Position numbers and translations under genes: made by a program. This document shows positions 8,986 through 19,298 of a stretch of 64,000 nt of DNA, in pieces. Origin of the DNA: a virus (lineage: Duplodnaviria; Heunggongvirae; Uroviricota; Caudoviricetes). Position 1 is the stretch's first letter. Every line of letters starts with the position of its first letter. A model generated the notes under the pieces. The model was not told the origin of the DNA. It made no database searches and saw only the letters and a list, made by a program, of their open reading frames with translations. The stretch is taken from the IMG/VR virus record IMGVR_UViG_3300033068_001916. One strand, given 5' to 3'.

Positions 8986-9201
8986 ATGGATTCAGAAAAA
9001 TTAAAGGAGGCTAAAGATTTTAGAAGAAATTCAGGTATATTTTCAATTCTATGCTGGATATTAAGCATATTACTAATGTACAAGGGTGACACAGAAACTG
9101 TTGATATCTGCTCTATCCTATTTGTAGGTGCAATATTTTTTACTTATATTTATTTTAGTATGGGAAAATTAATAAATGAATACGAAAATCTTGAAAAGTA
9201 A
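8986..9201 (+). CDS. small membrane protein
   Basis: ORF after the promoter with the palindrome; has a TM segment. Confidence 0.45.
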   Translation: MDSEKLKEAKDFRRNSGIFSILCWILSILLMYKGDTETVDICSILFVGAIFFTYIYFSMGKLINEYENLEK

Positions 9202-9740
9202 TGGATAATCAAAACCAAACAATAGAGGAAAGATTCCTAGATTCTCTAAGAAAGGGAAGCGATAAAGAACCCAAACTTTTTATCTATTGGAATCTTTTCA
9301 GTATTCTGCATCTTGGAGATCCTTATTTTCTGGGTCATATAGTTGACGAATATAAACAATTTCCGGAAGACAGCTGGTGGTTTATTAATTTCCATAAAGC
9401 AATAAGACAATGTGACTATTTTAGTGACTCCTTATGCTTTTCAGAATCGACCATAACTATGGAGGAATCTAAGAGGATGAACACCATTCTTGGTTTAAGA
9501 AGAAGAATCAGAAGGGAGATGAAACTCGAGGATTCTGAGATTGACGATCCAGAATATCTGGAACTTGGTGAGGAATTATCCAAACTTAGAAGAAAATATC
9601 AGGTTCATAGAAGAACATCAATTTCCGGACATCTTGACTCTATACTCTACCAATGTATCAGTAATGGTAACGATGAGCTTTTTAACTTCATGAGAAAATT
9701 TCTTTCTGAAAATATACAATTAGAACCAAAGGAATTATAG
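9201..9740 (+). CDS. hypothetical protein
   Basis: 179-aa ORF that ends with a TAG stop. Confidence 0.55.
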   Translation: MDNQNQTIEERFLDSLRKGSDKEPKLFIYWNLFSILHLGDPYFLGHIVDEYKQFPEDSWWFINFHKAIRQCDYFSDSLCFSESTITMEESKRMNTILGLRRRIRREMKLEDSEIDDPEYLELGEELSKLRRKYQVHRRTSISGHLDSILYQCISNGNDELFNFMRKFLSENIQLEPKEL

Positions 9741-9741
9741 A

Positions 9742-10485
9742 ATGAGCCGTATACTTTGTCCATGCTGTTTATCACCTCTTACTGTCACACACAGAGACAG
9801 ATACCAGGATATGTCTGAGCATGTATCAAATCCAAATGGAATACCATCACTGAAGGATGGATATCAATGCCTTAATTTTGATTGGTGCTTCGCATCGATT
9901 TACAAATGCACATGGCTGGAGGACGGAGATTTTTTTTGTGGCACCCCTCCAGAAGGCATGAATTATGGAGACGTCCGTGATACGTTGGAAAGACACTGGA
10001 AATTTCCAACTAAAACTCTGGCAGTTAATTCCTGGAATTTTTTCTATAAACTTGGACAAATTGAAACCAAGAAAAGAATTAAAACTTTCAATATCGGGAA
10101 ATATACATTTAGATTCACCCCGAGGGATAAGGGATATAACTACCCACCCAATGAGCAATATATGCCAAGAAAGTTTTCCTATAAGATGGAGATATTAAAA
10201 GAGACATCAGACGGATGTCATACTCTTATTATTAGTGACTATAGCATGATTAAACATTCCCTTTCGGATTTCAAATCCAACTATAGTGATGCTTTTAATG
10301 AAAAAAGAAGGTACTCTGATTGGCCAATTGACAAATGCATGGAGTACATCAGATGTTCCACTATCTATGGATATAAGGACAGAAGGAGATATAGATTGAT
10401 CTCGATGGTTCTTATAAATATATTATTTCCAGTAAAAGTTAACAGAATTAAAAATCTTGCAAAGGCAAAGAAAAGATTTTTTTAA
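9742..10485 (+). CDS. hypothetical Cys-rich protein
   Basis: 247-aa ORF. Confidence 0.55.
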   Translation: MSRILCPCCLSPLTVTHRDRYQDMSEHVSNPNGIPSLKDGYQCLNFDWCFASIYKCTWLEDGDFFCGTPPEGMNYGDVRDTLERHWKFPTKTLAVNSWNFFYKLGQIETKKRIKTFNIGKYTFRFTPRDKGYNYPPNEQYMPRKFSYKMEILKETSDGCHTLIISDYSMIKHSLSDFKSNYSDAFNEKRRYSDWPIDKCMEYIRCSTIYGYKDRRRYRLISMVLINILFPVKVNRIKNLAKAKKRFF

Positions 10486-10508
10486 TCCGAAATCTTTTCA
10501 TATATTTG
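10478..10508 (+). promoter_or_regulatory. conserved phage promoter
   Basis: tttttaatccgaaa ... TATATTTG at 10501-10508. Confidence 0.55.
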
Positions 10509-10523
10509 TATAAAATTTTATAT

Positions 10524-11060
10524 ATGGAAACATTAACTTATGTATTAGGTGCTGTATTGGGAATAGTTCTATTATTCCTTCTAAGGGATTTCATAAAAAC
10601 CAGAAATAGAAAATCCGAATGCAAAGATTGGAAATCAGGGGATATGTTAATATTGGACCAATATAATGCTGATTCTGCTTATAGAGCACTAAAGAATAGT
10701 GGAAAGACATACGCTAAACTTTGTGGCTGGTCCATGGACTCCATTTATGTTGACGTACATGACGGCAGCATTTATAAAATAGATTGGTGCGAGGTTAAAT
10801 TAAACAAATCCGCGATGTGGAGGAAAAACTATGAAGAGGCCAAGAAAGTAATGGGGGTTAATCCAAGTTTTAGCCCTGAAATATCTCAGCAAGAGGATGT
10901 GGTTAAATCTTCAAGCAGATCACCTGGTGGTAAAATAGATGGAAAGGAAATAGATCTTCTCACCGAAACGGAATGTCAAGTTTATTTAAAACGTGCAATA
11001 GAGGAGGAAGATTACAAAGCAGCGGAATTAATAAGAAAAAGAATGGAGCATTTCAGATAA
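10524..11060 (+). CDS. membrane-anchored hypothetical protein
   Basis: The listed start 10506 is a TTG inside the -7 promoter box, so ATG 10524 (METLTY) is preferred. The N-terminus has a TM segment. Confidence 0.5.
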   Translation: METLTYVLGAVLGIVLLFLLRDFIKTRNRKSECKDWKSGDMLILDQYNADSAYRALKNSGKTYAKLCGWSMDSIYVDVHDGSIYKIDWCEVKLNKSAMWRKNYEEAKKVMGVNPSFSPEISQQEDVVKSSSRSPGGKIDGKEIDLLTETECQVYLKRAIEEEDYKAAELIRKRMEHFR

Positions 11061-11092
11061 TCCTATCGATTTCTTTTAAAATTATACTTAAA

Positions 11093-11485
11093 ATGAATAA
11101 ATTATTTGTTGGCCTAGAATTGGCTATTGCTTTAAAAGGATTAAGATTCGACGAGGAATGCTTATGTTTCTATAAGGATGATAAATTGTCGGTTACTGAT
11201 CAACATTGGGGATCCAGTATTAGTGGAATATCCAAAGGTTTGGGATATAGAATTGACGATCTGATACTTGCACCAACATATCAGCAGGTAACGGATTGGC
11301 TTAGAGATGAGCACGGAATTATCATTGTTGTCATGCCATTTCTAATGGAAGACAATAGTATAACTTACGAGTATACAAACTATACTAATAAGGATCAGGA
11401 CGAAATAGATCACGGCGATGGGCCATATGAAGATTACTATGATGCCCTGGAAGCATCGATAAAATCTGCTCTATTATGCATCTAA
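11093..11485 (+). CDS. paralog family A protein (APT.Q..WLRDEH motif)
   Basis: The start is trimmed to the ATG after the stop of the preceding gene. Motif APTYQQVTDWLRDEHGIII. Confidence 0.5.
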   Translation: MNKLFVGLELAIALKGLRFDEECLCFYKDDKLSVTDQHWGSSISGISKGLGYRIDDLILAPTYQQVTDWLRDEHGIIIVVMPFLMEDNSITYEYTNYTNKDQDEIDHGDGPYEDYYDALEASIKSALLCI

Positions 11486-11901
11486 TGGAGGAACATTGTG
11501 TACCTGTTGACATAGCAGTTCAACTTAAAAATAGGGGATTCAACGATCCGTGTTTTATGATATACAATGAGAATGGTATATTGGAGGAATGTATAAATGT
11601 TAATACACACAAACTTCACCCAATGGACTATAACAACTTTGATGGATTACCTGAATGTATATCCGCTCCGTTATATCCACAGGTTATTAATTGGCTTGAA
11701 AAAAGATGCAGCATTCTAATAGAAACATTCAGAGGCGACGATGGGTATCTGGATCTGCAGGTTAGAAGATGGGAAGATTATGGATCAGAAGTAGATCCAC
11801 ACGGAGACTATGGATATATGCAAAAATATAACTCATACTCAACAAGGGATATGAGAGAATGCCTAACTGAGGGAATAAGGGAGGCACTAAAACTTTTATA
11901 A
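11476..11901 (+). CDS. paralog family A protein
   Basis: APLYPQVINWLEKRCSILI; N-terminal HCVPVDIAVQLKNRGFNDPCF is shared with family members. Confidence 0.5.
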   Translation: MHLMEEHCVPVDIAVQLKNRGFNDPCFMIYNENGILEECINVNTHKLHPMDYNNFDGLPECISAPLYPQVINWLEKRCSILIETFRGDDGYLDLQVRRWEDYGSEVDPHGDYGYMQKYNSYSTRDMRECLTEGIREALKLL

Positions 11902-12251
11902 TGAGAAGACTTTTTAAATTTTATAGGGATGAGACAGGTTGGTTCGTGGATTTGCCTGAGTGGGAAGGAACCAAAGCGGATCTTCAGATGGTATCAGGGG
12001 CGGACACTTTCTTAGATATACTATCTCAAGGTGACACGACGGTTTATGTTACCCTGTCAGATGAGGATTTTGAAGGTGCAAATTTCATGGAGTTTCTTTA
12101 TCTGGGTAGACTTGAAAATTGGGAGCTTGGTGAAGGTGCATGGTATAGAATGGAAAAATATATGGATATTCGATATGATATTGATATGTGGCTTTGTGAC
12201 GTTACGAAATTTGTATTTGGTGGATTTCCAGCAACAATCTATTTTAAATAA
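11901..12251 (+). CDS. hypothetical protein
   Basis: ORF with ATGA overlap. Confidence 0.5.
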   Translation: MRRLFKFYRDETGWFVDLPEWEGTKADLQMVSGADTFLDILSQGDTTVYVTLSDEDFEGANFMEFLYLGRLENWELGEGAWYRMEKYMDIRYDIDMWLCDVTKFVFGGFPATIYFK

Positions 12252-12670
12252 TGAAGGGGAGAGCAATATCATTCTTGGCTTATAATAAATTTACATTCGG
12301 AGATCAGATAGTTTCACAATTTGTTCTTTTTGAGTGTAAATGGCTATTCTCCATTATCTTCTTCTATTTCCATAAAAGTAACGGGTCTCAGGATAGGTTT
12401 CACACACATGCTTTCAATGCTATTTCGTTGAAACTATTTGGCCAATATGATGAGTACATCCTGATCGATGAGGAGAGCGGGGAATATACTGTTAGAAAGA
12501 GGAAAAATATCATTCAATATTTTCCTAGGGATTCATACCACAAAATAGGAAATGGTACTGGATGCATGACCATATTATTCTCCGGACCATGGGAAAAAAC
12601 ATGGAAGGAGTATATTAACGGAACCGTAGTATATTATAATTGGAATAGACGTGTCAGTAAAGAAATATAA
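12251..12670 (+). CDS. hypothetical protein
   Basis: ORF. Confidence 0.45.
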   Translation: MKGRAISFLAYNKFTFGDQIVSQFVLFECKWLFSIIFFYFHKSNGSQDRFHTHAFNAISLKLFGQYDEYILIDEESGEYTVRKRKNIIQYFPRDSYHKIGNGTGCMTILFSGPWEKTWKEYINGTVVYYNWNRRVSKEI

Positions 12671-13097
12671 GAGACCAAGAAGGTACATATGGGGGAGAAG
12701 GAAAAAAGATAGGGTTAAGAGTTATTGGTACTTCAATCAGAGCGATTTAAACGAGCTTTTTAAAAATACCAATATTTCCACTGTCATCTCAACTTACGTT
12801 CCGCTAAGGATGCTAAAATCGGGCCATTATGTGGGTAGATGTCCATTATGCAGAACACTAACTCATAATGATTCACATTTACACGTAAATGACCAAAAAA
12901 GAAGATTCAAATGCTTCGAATGCGGTTTCGGAGGAACTTCCCCGGTTGGGTTTCTAATGGCATATCATGACATAAGTTTTGATAGCGCTGTATCACACAT
13001 AAATAAAAAATACCACGGGAATAAATTACAATTAAGAACAGAAGGCATTGTGGTTAGCAAAAGGAGTGCAAATATAGGTGAAGATCTTCCATTTTAG
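12651..13097 (+). CDS. DnaG-primase-type CHC2 zinc-finger domain protein
   Basis: GRCPLCRTLTHNDSHLHVNDQKRRFKCFECGFGGTSPVGFLMAYHDISFDSAV matches the CPFH.E.TPSF...y.CFGCg.gGd.i.F primase zinc-ribbon. Confidence 0.5.
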   Translation: MSVKKYKRPRRYIWGRRKKDRVKSYWYFNQSDLNELFKNTNISTVISTYVPLRMLKSGHYVGRCPLCRTLTHNDSHLHVNDQKRRFKCFECGFGGTSPVGFLMAYHDISFDSAVSHINKKYHGNKLQLRTEGIVVSKRSANIGEDLPF

Positions 13098-13172
13098 GAA
13101 GAATTAGTAACAATATAAACGTGTTCTACACCTTTTAAACTAACTGGAGCACGTTTTAAAAAAAAAGAAATT

Positions 13173-13550
13173 ATGACAGAATCCGATATGTTGAAGAACT
13201 TCTTCGACTTTAGTGGTCTATACCACGACATAAGAAAAAACACACTTAAAGATTATCCAACACTTGATGAGTATATGGAATTCATCGAGGACATAGAAGG
13301 TGACTTAGGGGAAGCGAAATCCCTCTACTATTTCATAACCAACGAGCATCACGATAAGTTATTCTTGGATTTTGAAGTTGGTGAGGACAATGAGATAGTT
13401 GTTAATGACGACATTATCACAATCTATTTCTGGGAGGATACAGGGTATTCTAACGAAGGTGGAACACACGATGGAGGTTATGAATATTGGTTTAAAATAA
13501 ACCTAGATTATGAGGCCTTCATAGGATTGGAGGTTGTAAATCAAAATTAA
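13173..13550 (+). CDS. hypothetical acidic protein
   Basis: ORF. Confidence 0.5.
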   Translation: MTESDMLKNFFDFSGLYHDIRKNTLKDYPTLDEYMEFIEDIEGDLGEAKSLYYFITNEHHDKLFLDFEVGEDNEIVVNDDIITIYFWEDTGYSNEGGTHDGGYEYWFKINLDYEAFIGLEVVNQN

Positions 13551-13553
13551 ATT

Positions 13554-14045
13554 ATGAAGGTAATATTTCTTGATATCGATGGGGTACTGAATGTTTATTC
13601 ACATGACCATGACGAATTTGGAAGCCAATTCCATAGTCACTTCGTTGACAATCTTAAAAGGATCATAGACGAAACCGAAGCCAAAATTGTTATATCATCA
13701 ACTTGGAGATATGCAGGATTGGAAAGGATGAAGAAGATGTGGGAGAAAAGAGGTCTTCCGGGGGATGTTATAGACGTAACTCCCGATTGCACATACCTCT
13801 TCAATGAGGGGTTATTGGAATTAACCACTAGAATTGAGAGAGGATATGAAATTGAATACTGGCTGGATGAAAATCCAGGGGTTCAGAAATATGTTATTCT
13901 TGATGACAATGACGATTTCTTACCCTACCAGAGAGGTAATTTTGTAAGAACGTCAAATAATATCAATCATCCAGATTGTGTTGATATAGGATATGGATTA
14001 ACGAACGAGTGTACTAATAAAGCAATAAGAATATTAAATGGATAA
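13554..14045 (+). CDS. HAD-superfamily phosphatase (possible polynucleotide 3'-phosphatase)
   Basis: N-terminal VIFLDIDGVLN carries the DxDG(T/V) HAD motif I. Confidence 0.5.
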   Translation: MKVIFLDIDGVLNVYSHDHDEFGSQFHSHFVDNLKRIIDETEAKIVISSTWRYAGLERMKKMWEKRGLPGDVIDVTPDCTYLFNEGLLELTTRIERGYEIEYWLDENPGVQKYVILDDNDDFLPYQRGNFVRTSNNINHPDCVDIGYGLTNECTNKAIRILNG

Positions 14046-14334
14046 GGAAGAAAAAAATGAATACTGGAACTGCGTAATTGGTCCAGTTAAGGGAAGTGAA
14101 TTACCTCACGGAGCAGACTTTCCATTAAGATGGGCTGTTAGAGAAAAATTTGAGGAGATGGTTGGAAGAGATGCTGAGATTTGTTCATCCGGATGGGGAA
14201 TGGATCAAGAAACAAAAGATGTGTGTTCCAGTGTTAGTCTGCTTTCGATAACAGATCCAAGTGGTGAAAAGATGAGAGCGATAAAGGAGATATTAAATCC
14301 AAAGCCTGAATACCTACATTTTCCAAAATTATAG
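14038..14334 (+). CDS. hypothetical protein
   Basis: ORF. Confidence 0.45.
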   Translation: MDKEEKNEYWNCVIGPVKGSELPHGADFPLRWAVREKFEEMVGRDAEICSSGWGMDQETKDVCSSVSLLSITDPSGEKMRAIKEILNPKPEYLHFPKL

Positions 14335-14352
14335 GAATAAATCAAAAATAAT

Positions 14353-14383
14353 TTTTTTTATTCGAAACTTTTTCATATATTTG
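14353..14383 (+). promoter_or_regulatory. conserved phage promoter
   Basis: ttttttttattcgaaac ... TATATTTG at 14376-14383. Confidence 0.55.
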
Positions 14384-14419
14384 CCATGTTAATTTAAAAA
14401 CAATTAAAAACATAATAAG

Positions 14420-14878
14420 ATGACAAAAAGAGATCAAGTTTTAGGAAACTTCAAGGCGGTAGAAAAAGAAATCGAGAGATTAGAATCTAAACCCGCAGTA
14501 ATCTATGCAACAGCATCAAAATACATTCCATCTGTTGGATATGTAGCAGAATTGGGAAGCATCAAAGAGATTGTTAAGGCTCAAAAAACAATCAATGAAC
14601 AAAAAATTGGACTTGACGAGGCAGCAAAGGATTTAGGTCTTTCTGATGGAGATTTCCAAGAAGAGGAAGCAACTTTCATGGGCTATCCAATCCAGGTCTG
14701 GACGAATGACATCAAAAATCGTTTAGAAGAAATTAAATCTGAGCAGAGACTTGCTAAACTTAAAGCAGCAAGAAAAACTCTTAAGAAAAACCTTTCAAAA
14801 GACGACAAATTCGAATTGGAGATGGGGGGAATCAACGATGTACTTTCAACTTTAGACATCGAAGAGGGATCTAACTAA
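14420..14878 (+). CDS. hypothetical coiled-coil protein
   Basis: ORF after the conserved promoter and before a terminator. Confidence 0.55.
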   Translation: MTKRDQVLGNFKAVEKEIERLESKPAVIYATASKYIPSVGYVAELGSIKEIVKAQKTINEQKIGLDEAAKDLGLSDGDFQEEEATFMGYPIQVWTNDIKNRLEEIKSEQRLAKLKAARKTLKKNLSKDDKFELEMGGINDVLSTLDIEEGSN

Positions 14879-14899
14879 TCATAGAATAATTTACCTGAA

Positions 14900-14928
14900 A
14901 GCTGCATCTTTGGTGCAGCTTTTTTTTA
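14900..14928 (+). terminator. intrinsic terminator
   Basis: Hairpin agctgca-tctttgg-tgcagct followed by T8. Confidence 0.6.
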
Positions 14929-14944
14929 ACTCTAATTAATTTCT

Positions 14945-15589
14945 ATGAAGACAAGGTTAGACAATGAGTTTGACTTTCCTTCAATCACAAATCTTCTTTC
15001 ATTAAGGGATGAGGCCAAGAGAAGGAGGGAACTCAAAGATGAACTAGAAAAAATATCGCATAGCATAGACAGCTATGTTGATAAATTTATTAAGTGTAGC
15101 ATGTTTAGACTTGATAAATTATCAGATCTTGACTCTGTACTTTCACCGAGCGATGTCCATAAATTTTCATTACTTGATATCAGTTTCAGTAAGTATAAGA
15201 AAATGAAGCTGGCATCTGACATCATTCCAATAATACTAAAGGGTAAGGGGGTCGAATATTGTATGGCTTGGTTTTGTAAAACTGAGAGAAAAATAGATCT
15301 CTTCAAGGATAAGATTTTTGATGATGTTGAACCATGTTCAATATTCGTTGATTTTCAAAACAAGAAAATGTTTTTCATACCATCGAACGTAAGTCCTGAA
15401 ATAGGTATAGACTATAAGCGAAATGAACTGAGAATATCCTATAGAATACATAAAATTTTTAACCCACACAATGAGTTCACATGGAACCATCCGCTCAACG
15501 ATATTTATCCATGGACCCATAATTATCACATGAAATGTACGGTCGATATGGTAACACTAAAATCAGAAAGCACGGAAACAGGATGGTAA
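14945..15589 (+). CDS. hypothetical protein
   Basis: ORF. Confidence 0.5.
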   Translation: MKTRLDNEFDFPSITNLLSLRDEAKRRRELKDELEKISHSIDSYVDKFIKCSMFRLDKLSDLDSVLSPSDVHKFSLLDISFSKYKKMKLASDIIPIILKGKGVEYCMAWFCKTERKIDLFKDKIFDDVEPCSIFVDFQNKKMFFIPSNVSPEIGIDYKRNELRISYRIHKIFNPHNEFTWNHPLNDIYPWTHNYHMKCTVDMVTLKSESTETGW

Positions 15590-16125
15590 AAGATAAACAG
15601 ATAAAAGTAAACCTAATTAAGGCTCCTGCAGATTTCAACGATTTGCTGGATTTGCAGGATCTAAAGACGCAGATGTCCGTATTGGAACATTTGCAGGGTA
15701 ATCTGAGAAAGTATCAGATGGACTTTATTAAATCATTCATCAAGACTTCAGAGGAGGTGATAAAATGCATACCGCCAGAGAGTATTGGTGAATATGAAAT
15801 ACACAACTGCTATGATTATGATTTCGCCTATCCTGATCAAATTAAAAAGTTCAGGGAATCCAGAAAAAATTGGGTGGTCAATCACAGAGACAAAAGTATG
15901 ATTGAAATATATGATCTGGATGGACTTAAATTCAAGATGAAGGATAATATCCTCATAGCAAGTGATAAGAGGACTATTGAAATAAATAAGCAAGTATACT
16001 ACAGAGCGACTTATTTCGACGAACTCAAAAGAGATATTAAAATGTCATTCAGATTTGATACAAACGAATTAATAGATTGTAGGGATTATAGCTACATAAA
16101 CGAGGGTCAGGTAAAAAAATGGTAA
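15535..16125 (+). CDS. paralog family B protein
   Basis: VNLIKAPADFNDLLDLQDLKTQMSVLEHLQGNLRKYQMDFIKSF parallels the next gene. Confidence 0.5.
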   Translation: MYGRYGNTKIRKHGNRMVKDKQIKVNLIKAPADFNDLLDLQDLKTQMSVLEHLQGNLRKYQMDFIKSFIKTSEEVIKCIPPESIGEYEIHNCYDYDFAYPDQIKKFRESRKNWVVNHRDKSMIEIYDLDGLKFKMKDNILIASDKRTIEINKQVYYRATYFDELKRDIKMSFRFDTNELIDCRDYSYINEGQVKKW

Positions 16126-16766
16126 AGGAAGAAACAGTAAAGGTAAAGCTTCTAAAGTCCCCTGCCGACTTTACAGAGCTTCTAAATATGCAGACATTGC
16201 AAATGCAACTGGATGTATTTGAGCTAATTAAGAAAAATCTTGAAAGTTACCAGGAGAAATTTTTTGAATCGTTTACCAAATCTGGTAAGGAGGTTCTTGA
16301 ATATCTTCCCGTGGATGAACACGAAAAGTGGTTCGAGCAATTCAGAGATGATGATTGCAAAAGCCTTGAACAATACCTTAGGGAGAATGAAAGGTCATGG
16401 GAGTGGGGTGAAAGGGATCTTCAATACAAGCTTCAGGGGAATAAGATAACTAAGGCTAAATATGATAAACTTCTAAGCAACCTGAAATTTACCTGGGATA
16501 GGAGGTACATAGTTGACACAAAAAAGAAAAAACTCATCCAGTTGGATTATGGTGAAAGCAGAGGACATCAACACTACTCTCTAGAAATCAAATATAAAAG
16601 GAACGGAAAAGATAAGTTAACGGTTCAATTTGCATATGAGTGGACACCTTGGCACAACAACAGAGGACCAAGCCAAACAAGGAACACTTACTACCATTTC
16701 AATCTTGTTGATAACACCTATATAGGAATGTCAGAGGATAATGGTAACCAGGGAAGAGGATGGTAA
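16119..16766 (+). CDS. paralog family B protein
   Basis: VKLLKSPADFTELLNMQTLQMQLDVFELIKKNLESYQEKFFESF. Confidence 0.5.
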   Translation: MVKEETVKVKLLKSPADFTELLNMQTLQMQLDVFELIKKNLESYQEKFFESFTKSGKEVLEYLPVDEHEKWFEQFRDDDCKSLEQYLRENERSWEWGERDLQYKLQGNKITKAKYDKLLSNLKFTWDRRYIVDTKKKKLIQLDYGESRGHQHYSLEIKYKRNGKDKLTVQFAYEWTPWHNNRGPSQTRNTYYHFNLVDNTYIGMSEDNGNQGRGW

Positions 16767-16785
16767 AAATAATTCCAAATAAATT

Positions 16786-16815
16786 TTTATATCTCGAATT
16801 AAATCCATATATTTG
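16786..16815 (+). promoter_or_regulatory. conserved phage promoter
   Basis: tttttatatctcgaatt ... TATATTTG at 16808-16815. Confidence 0.55.
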
Positions 16816-16838
16816 CAATGTAATTTAATAAACGAGCC

Positions 16839-17270
16839 ATGTCAAATAAGATGCTAGAGGAAATGAGAGCTTTTATGAAAACTCCAGAGGGAAAAGCCTC
16901 TATGGAAAGAATGAAAGCAAAGATCCAAAGGGAGGGGGAAAGAAAGCGTAGAGCATTCGAGTATATCAATAACCTGACACGTGAGGAATTTGAATTAAAA
17001 TTAGCAAAAGAAATAGCTAGACATGATAGGGCCTACGAGGATAGATGCTATGCTAAAGGCCATATGCCACACCCAAGAAATCTAATGTATTTTGTATTTA
17101 ATGCCGCCGAGATTGGAGGTAGACCTTACAACAAGCAGCTGGATGAATTCGATGCAAATTTCGGTGGCGGGACTATTAAGTACAGAGGCCACTATTTCAA
17201 TTGGATATTCGGGCAAGGCACGGTATTGAGAATATTCAATCCAAAAAAAGAATGTATTTTTTCACTATAA
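16839..17270 (+). CDS. hypothetical protein
   Basis: ORF after the conserved promoter. Confidence 0.5.
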   Translation: MSNKMLEEMRAFMKTPEGKASMERMKAKIQREGERKRRAFEYINNLTREEFELKLAKEIARHDRAYEDRCYAKGHMPHPRNLMYFVFNAAEIGGRPYNKQLDEFDANFGGGTIKYRGHYFNWIFGQGTVLRIFNPKKECIFSL

Positions 17271-17281
17271 AACAAAATAAA

Positions 17282-17479
17282 ATGGCAGTAACTAAACAAA
17301 AATTTTTAATTACATCAAGCGGTAAAAATAAGGCACAAGAAGAGATTGATGCTGTATTAAATGACGGATGGCAAATCATCTCAGTAACAGCGAGGGAAGT
17401 ATCAACTGGAAAGAATGCAGTAACTGAGCATGGTGCATTTGGGATTTTATTCGAAAAATTCTTCCCGGACGAAAACTAA
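17282..17479 (+). CDS. small hypothetical protein
   Basis: Internal ATG (MAVTKQ) of the listed ORF 17201..17479 avoids overlap with the previous gene. Confidence 0.4.
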   Translation: MAVTKQKFLITSSGKNKAQEEIDAVLNDGWQIISVTAREVSTGKNAVTEHGAFGILFEKFFPDEN

Positions 17480-17639
17480 TGATTATGCGGAACGTTAAAC
17501 GTAAATTAAAAATTATTATATCTGGTAGAGCATCTCTATTCAAAAGGATGTCGAAGATAAGAAGATTTGAACTTCTAAGAAAAGGAAAGAGCGTCTTCGA
17601 TCCTTGTTACACAATAAAAGAACTTGAATATCTATACCC

Positions 17640-18476
17640 ATGAAAAACTTTAGTCTTGGCGATCGTATGAAGGAATTCTACGAAGACCGTTTTAGATACT
17701 ATGTTCCACGCAGAACATACACATTAATCAGAATTGATGGAAAAGCTTTCCACACTTACACAAGGGGTTTGGAATCTCCGTTCGACGCAGGGTTAATCGT
17801 GGATATGAATGAAACCGCAGCTTACCTTTGTAAAAATATACAGGGAGCAAAATTTGGATACGTTCAATCCGACGAGATCAGTATATTGATCACGGATTTC
17901 GAGGAAAGAGACACACAGATGTGGTTCGATGGGAATTTACAAAAGATGGCTTCCGTTGCAGCTTCTATGGCGACCTCTAAATTCAACGAATTGAGAGTTG
18001 ACAGATACATCAGGGAAAAGTTTAATAGTGGGATTGAAACCATAACACCTTTGTGGATAGAAAATCTGAAAAGAGTTAAAAAAGCAGAGTTTGATGCGAG
18101 GGTATTTCAGATTCCACAGAAGAGCGAGGTTGAGAACTATTTTATATTCAGACAACAAGACGGAACTAGAAATTCGGTTCAATCAGTTGCTCAGAGTTTA
18201 TATTCACAGAGTGAATTAAACGGAAAGAAAGAAAAGGATATGCAGGAGATGATATTCCAGAAGGGAATTAATTGGAATGACTATCACTTCAGAGAGAAAA
18301 GAGGTGGAATTATCGCTAAAGTACCAACAATGGTTGAAGGTAGAGATGGTCAGGTTGAAAGACTTAAGTGGCAAATGATACCAACACCTATATTCACTCA
18401 GGAGAGGGAATTTATGGATCAGATGATTCCAGACTTCGTGATTAAAACGAAACACCAAGATGAAGTTGAAATATAA
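17640..18476 (+). CDS. thg1: tRNA-His guanylyltransferase Thg1-like protein (3'-5' polymerase that repairs tRNA 5' ends)
   Basis: RIDGKAFHTYTRGLESPFDAGLIVDMNETA ... FGYVQSDEISILITDF ... ASVAASMATSKF matches Thg1/TLP conserved blocks. Confidence 0.75.
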   Translation: MKNFSLGDRMKEFYEDRFRYYVPRRTYTLIRIDGKAFHTYTRGLESPFDAGLIVDMNETAAYLCKNIQGAKFGYVQSDEISILITDFEERDTQMWFDGNLQKMASVAASMATSKFNELRVDRYIREKFNSGIETITPLWIENLKRVKKAEFDARVFQIPQKSEVENYFIFRQQDGTRNSVQSVAQSLYSQSELNGKKEKDMQEMIFQKGINWNDYHFREKRGGIIAKVPTMVEGRDGQVERLKWQMIPTPIFTQEREFMDQMIPDFVIKTKHQDEVEI

Positions 18477-18705
18477 CACAATCAGTGAAATTGTTTCCTC
18501 CCCGGAATGGAAGGAATTCATGGATCAGGAGAACAAGGAATCAGAGGAGAGATTATCCAAGATGACTCTTAAGGAAAGAATGTCGGAGGCTATGGATAAT
18601 ATGGTTGGCCCACAGGAGGGTGTATACACCATGATTACTGGTAAATCCCAAAGCGGGTCATCAATGATACAAAAATTTTTAGACCAATACCAAAAAGATG
18701 AGTAG
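18460..18705 (+). CDS. hypothetical protein
   Basis: ORF. Confidence 0.4.
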   Translation: MKLKYNTISEIVSSPEWKEFMDQENKESEERLSKMTLKERMSEAMDNMVGPQEGVYTMITGKSQSGSSMIQKFLDQYQKDE

Positions 18706-19048
18706 CAAAAAATCTGACGAAATTCTATTCACTACAAGCGATGGTGTAAATATAAAATTTGGCGACACTTATTATTTCGTAACCAAAAAATGGCTGGGTA
18801 CAGACGAGCTCAAGGTTTTTAGTAGAACCATTGATGATAATTACGATATAAATAAGAAATCACCAGTAACATATGGTATTAAGGAGAATGCAGAAAAAGA
18901 TGCAATGCCAATACTGGAATATGTAAATATTCTGGAGTCTGGTTCATTTGATGGCTGGTCTGATGAAGCAATTGCTGGGTATCTAACAGCATGTAAATCA
19001 ATAAAGGAAAAAATAATCTCAATAAATGAAATATTAGAAGATGTATAA
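18698..19048 (+). CDS. hypothetical protein
   Basis: ORF. Confidence 0.45.
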   Translation: MSSKKSDEILFTTSDGVNIKFGDTYYFVTKKWLGTDELKVFSRTIDDNYDINKKSPVTYGIKENAEKDAMPILEYVNILESGSFDGWSDEAIAGYLTACKSIKEKIISINEILEDV

Positions 19049-19298
19049 ACCTAAATATATCATAGCAGACGGAAGTGCAATAATTTTCTCTGCTGCAATA
19101 ACACATTCAACTATGGCTAGAGGAATGGGAAGAATAGACGGGGCAGGATTTGTTGACTTCAGAATCGAAGTTGATAGCTATGGTGAAACGATCATAAAAG
19201 CTTTTGCTTATGGTGAAAGCACATCATTGGATATAAAGTCCAGGCCAGAAGAGGATTCCGCAATCCTAACTAGACAGATAACAAACGTTTTTGGATAA
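19041..19298 (+). CDS. hypothetical protein
   Basis: ORF. Confidence 0.4.
   Translation: MYKPKYIIADGSAIIFSAAITHSTMARGMGRIDGAGFVDFRIEVDSYGETIIKAFAYGESTSLDIKSRPEEDSAILTRQITNVFG

Noticed and set aside
9738-9740. Genome-wide stop-codon recoding (TAG to an amino acid), as in some Bacteroidota-infecting phages
   Set aside because: TAG and TGA terminate normal-looking genes here. For example, 9201-9740 ends in TAG with the next gene in another frame, and many genes use ATGA overlaps. No same-frame ORF pairs are split by TAG apart from the single PTH2-like case.
12031-12285. Listed overlapping ORFs 12031-12285 (+) and 12057-12272 (-)
   Set aside because: They are embedded in, or antisense to, the better-supported genes 11901-12251 and 12251-12670. 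They have no independent signals.
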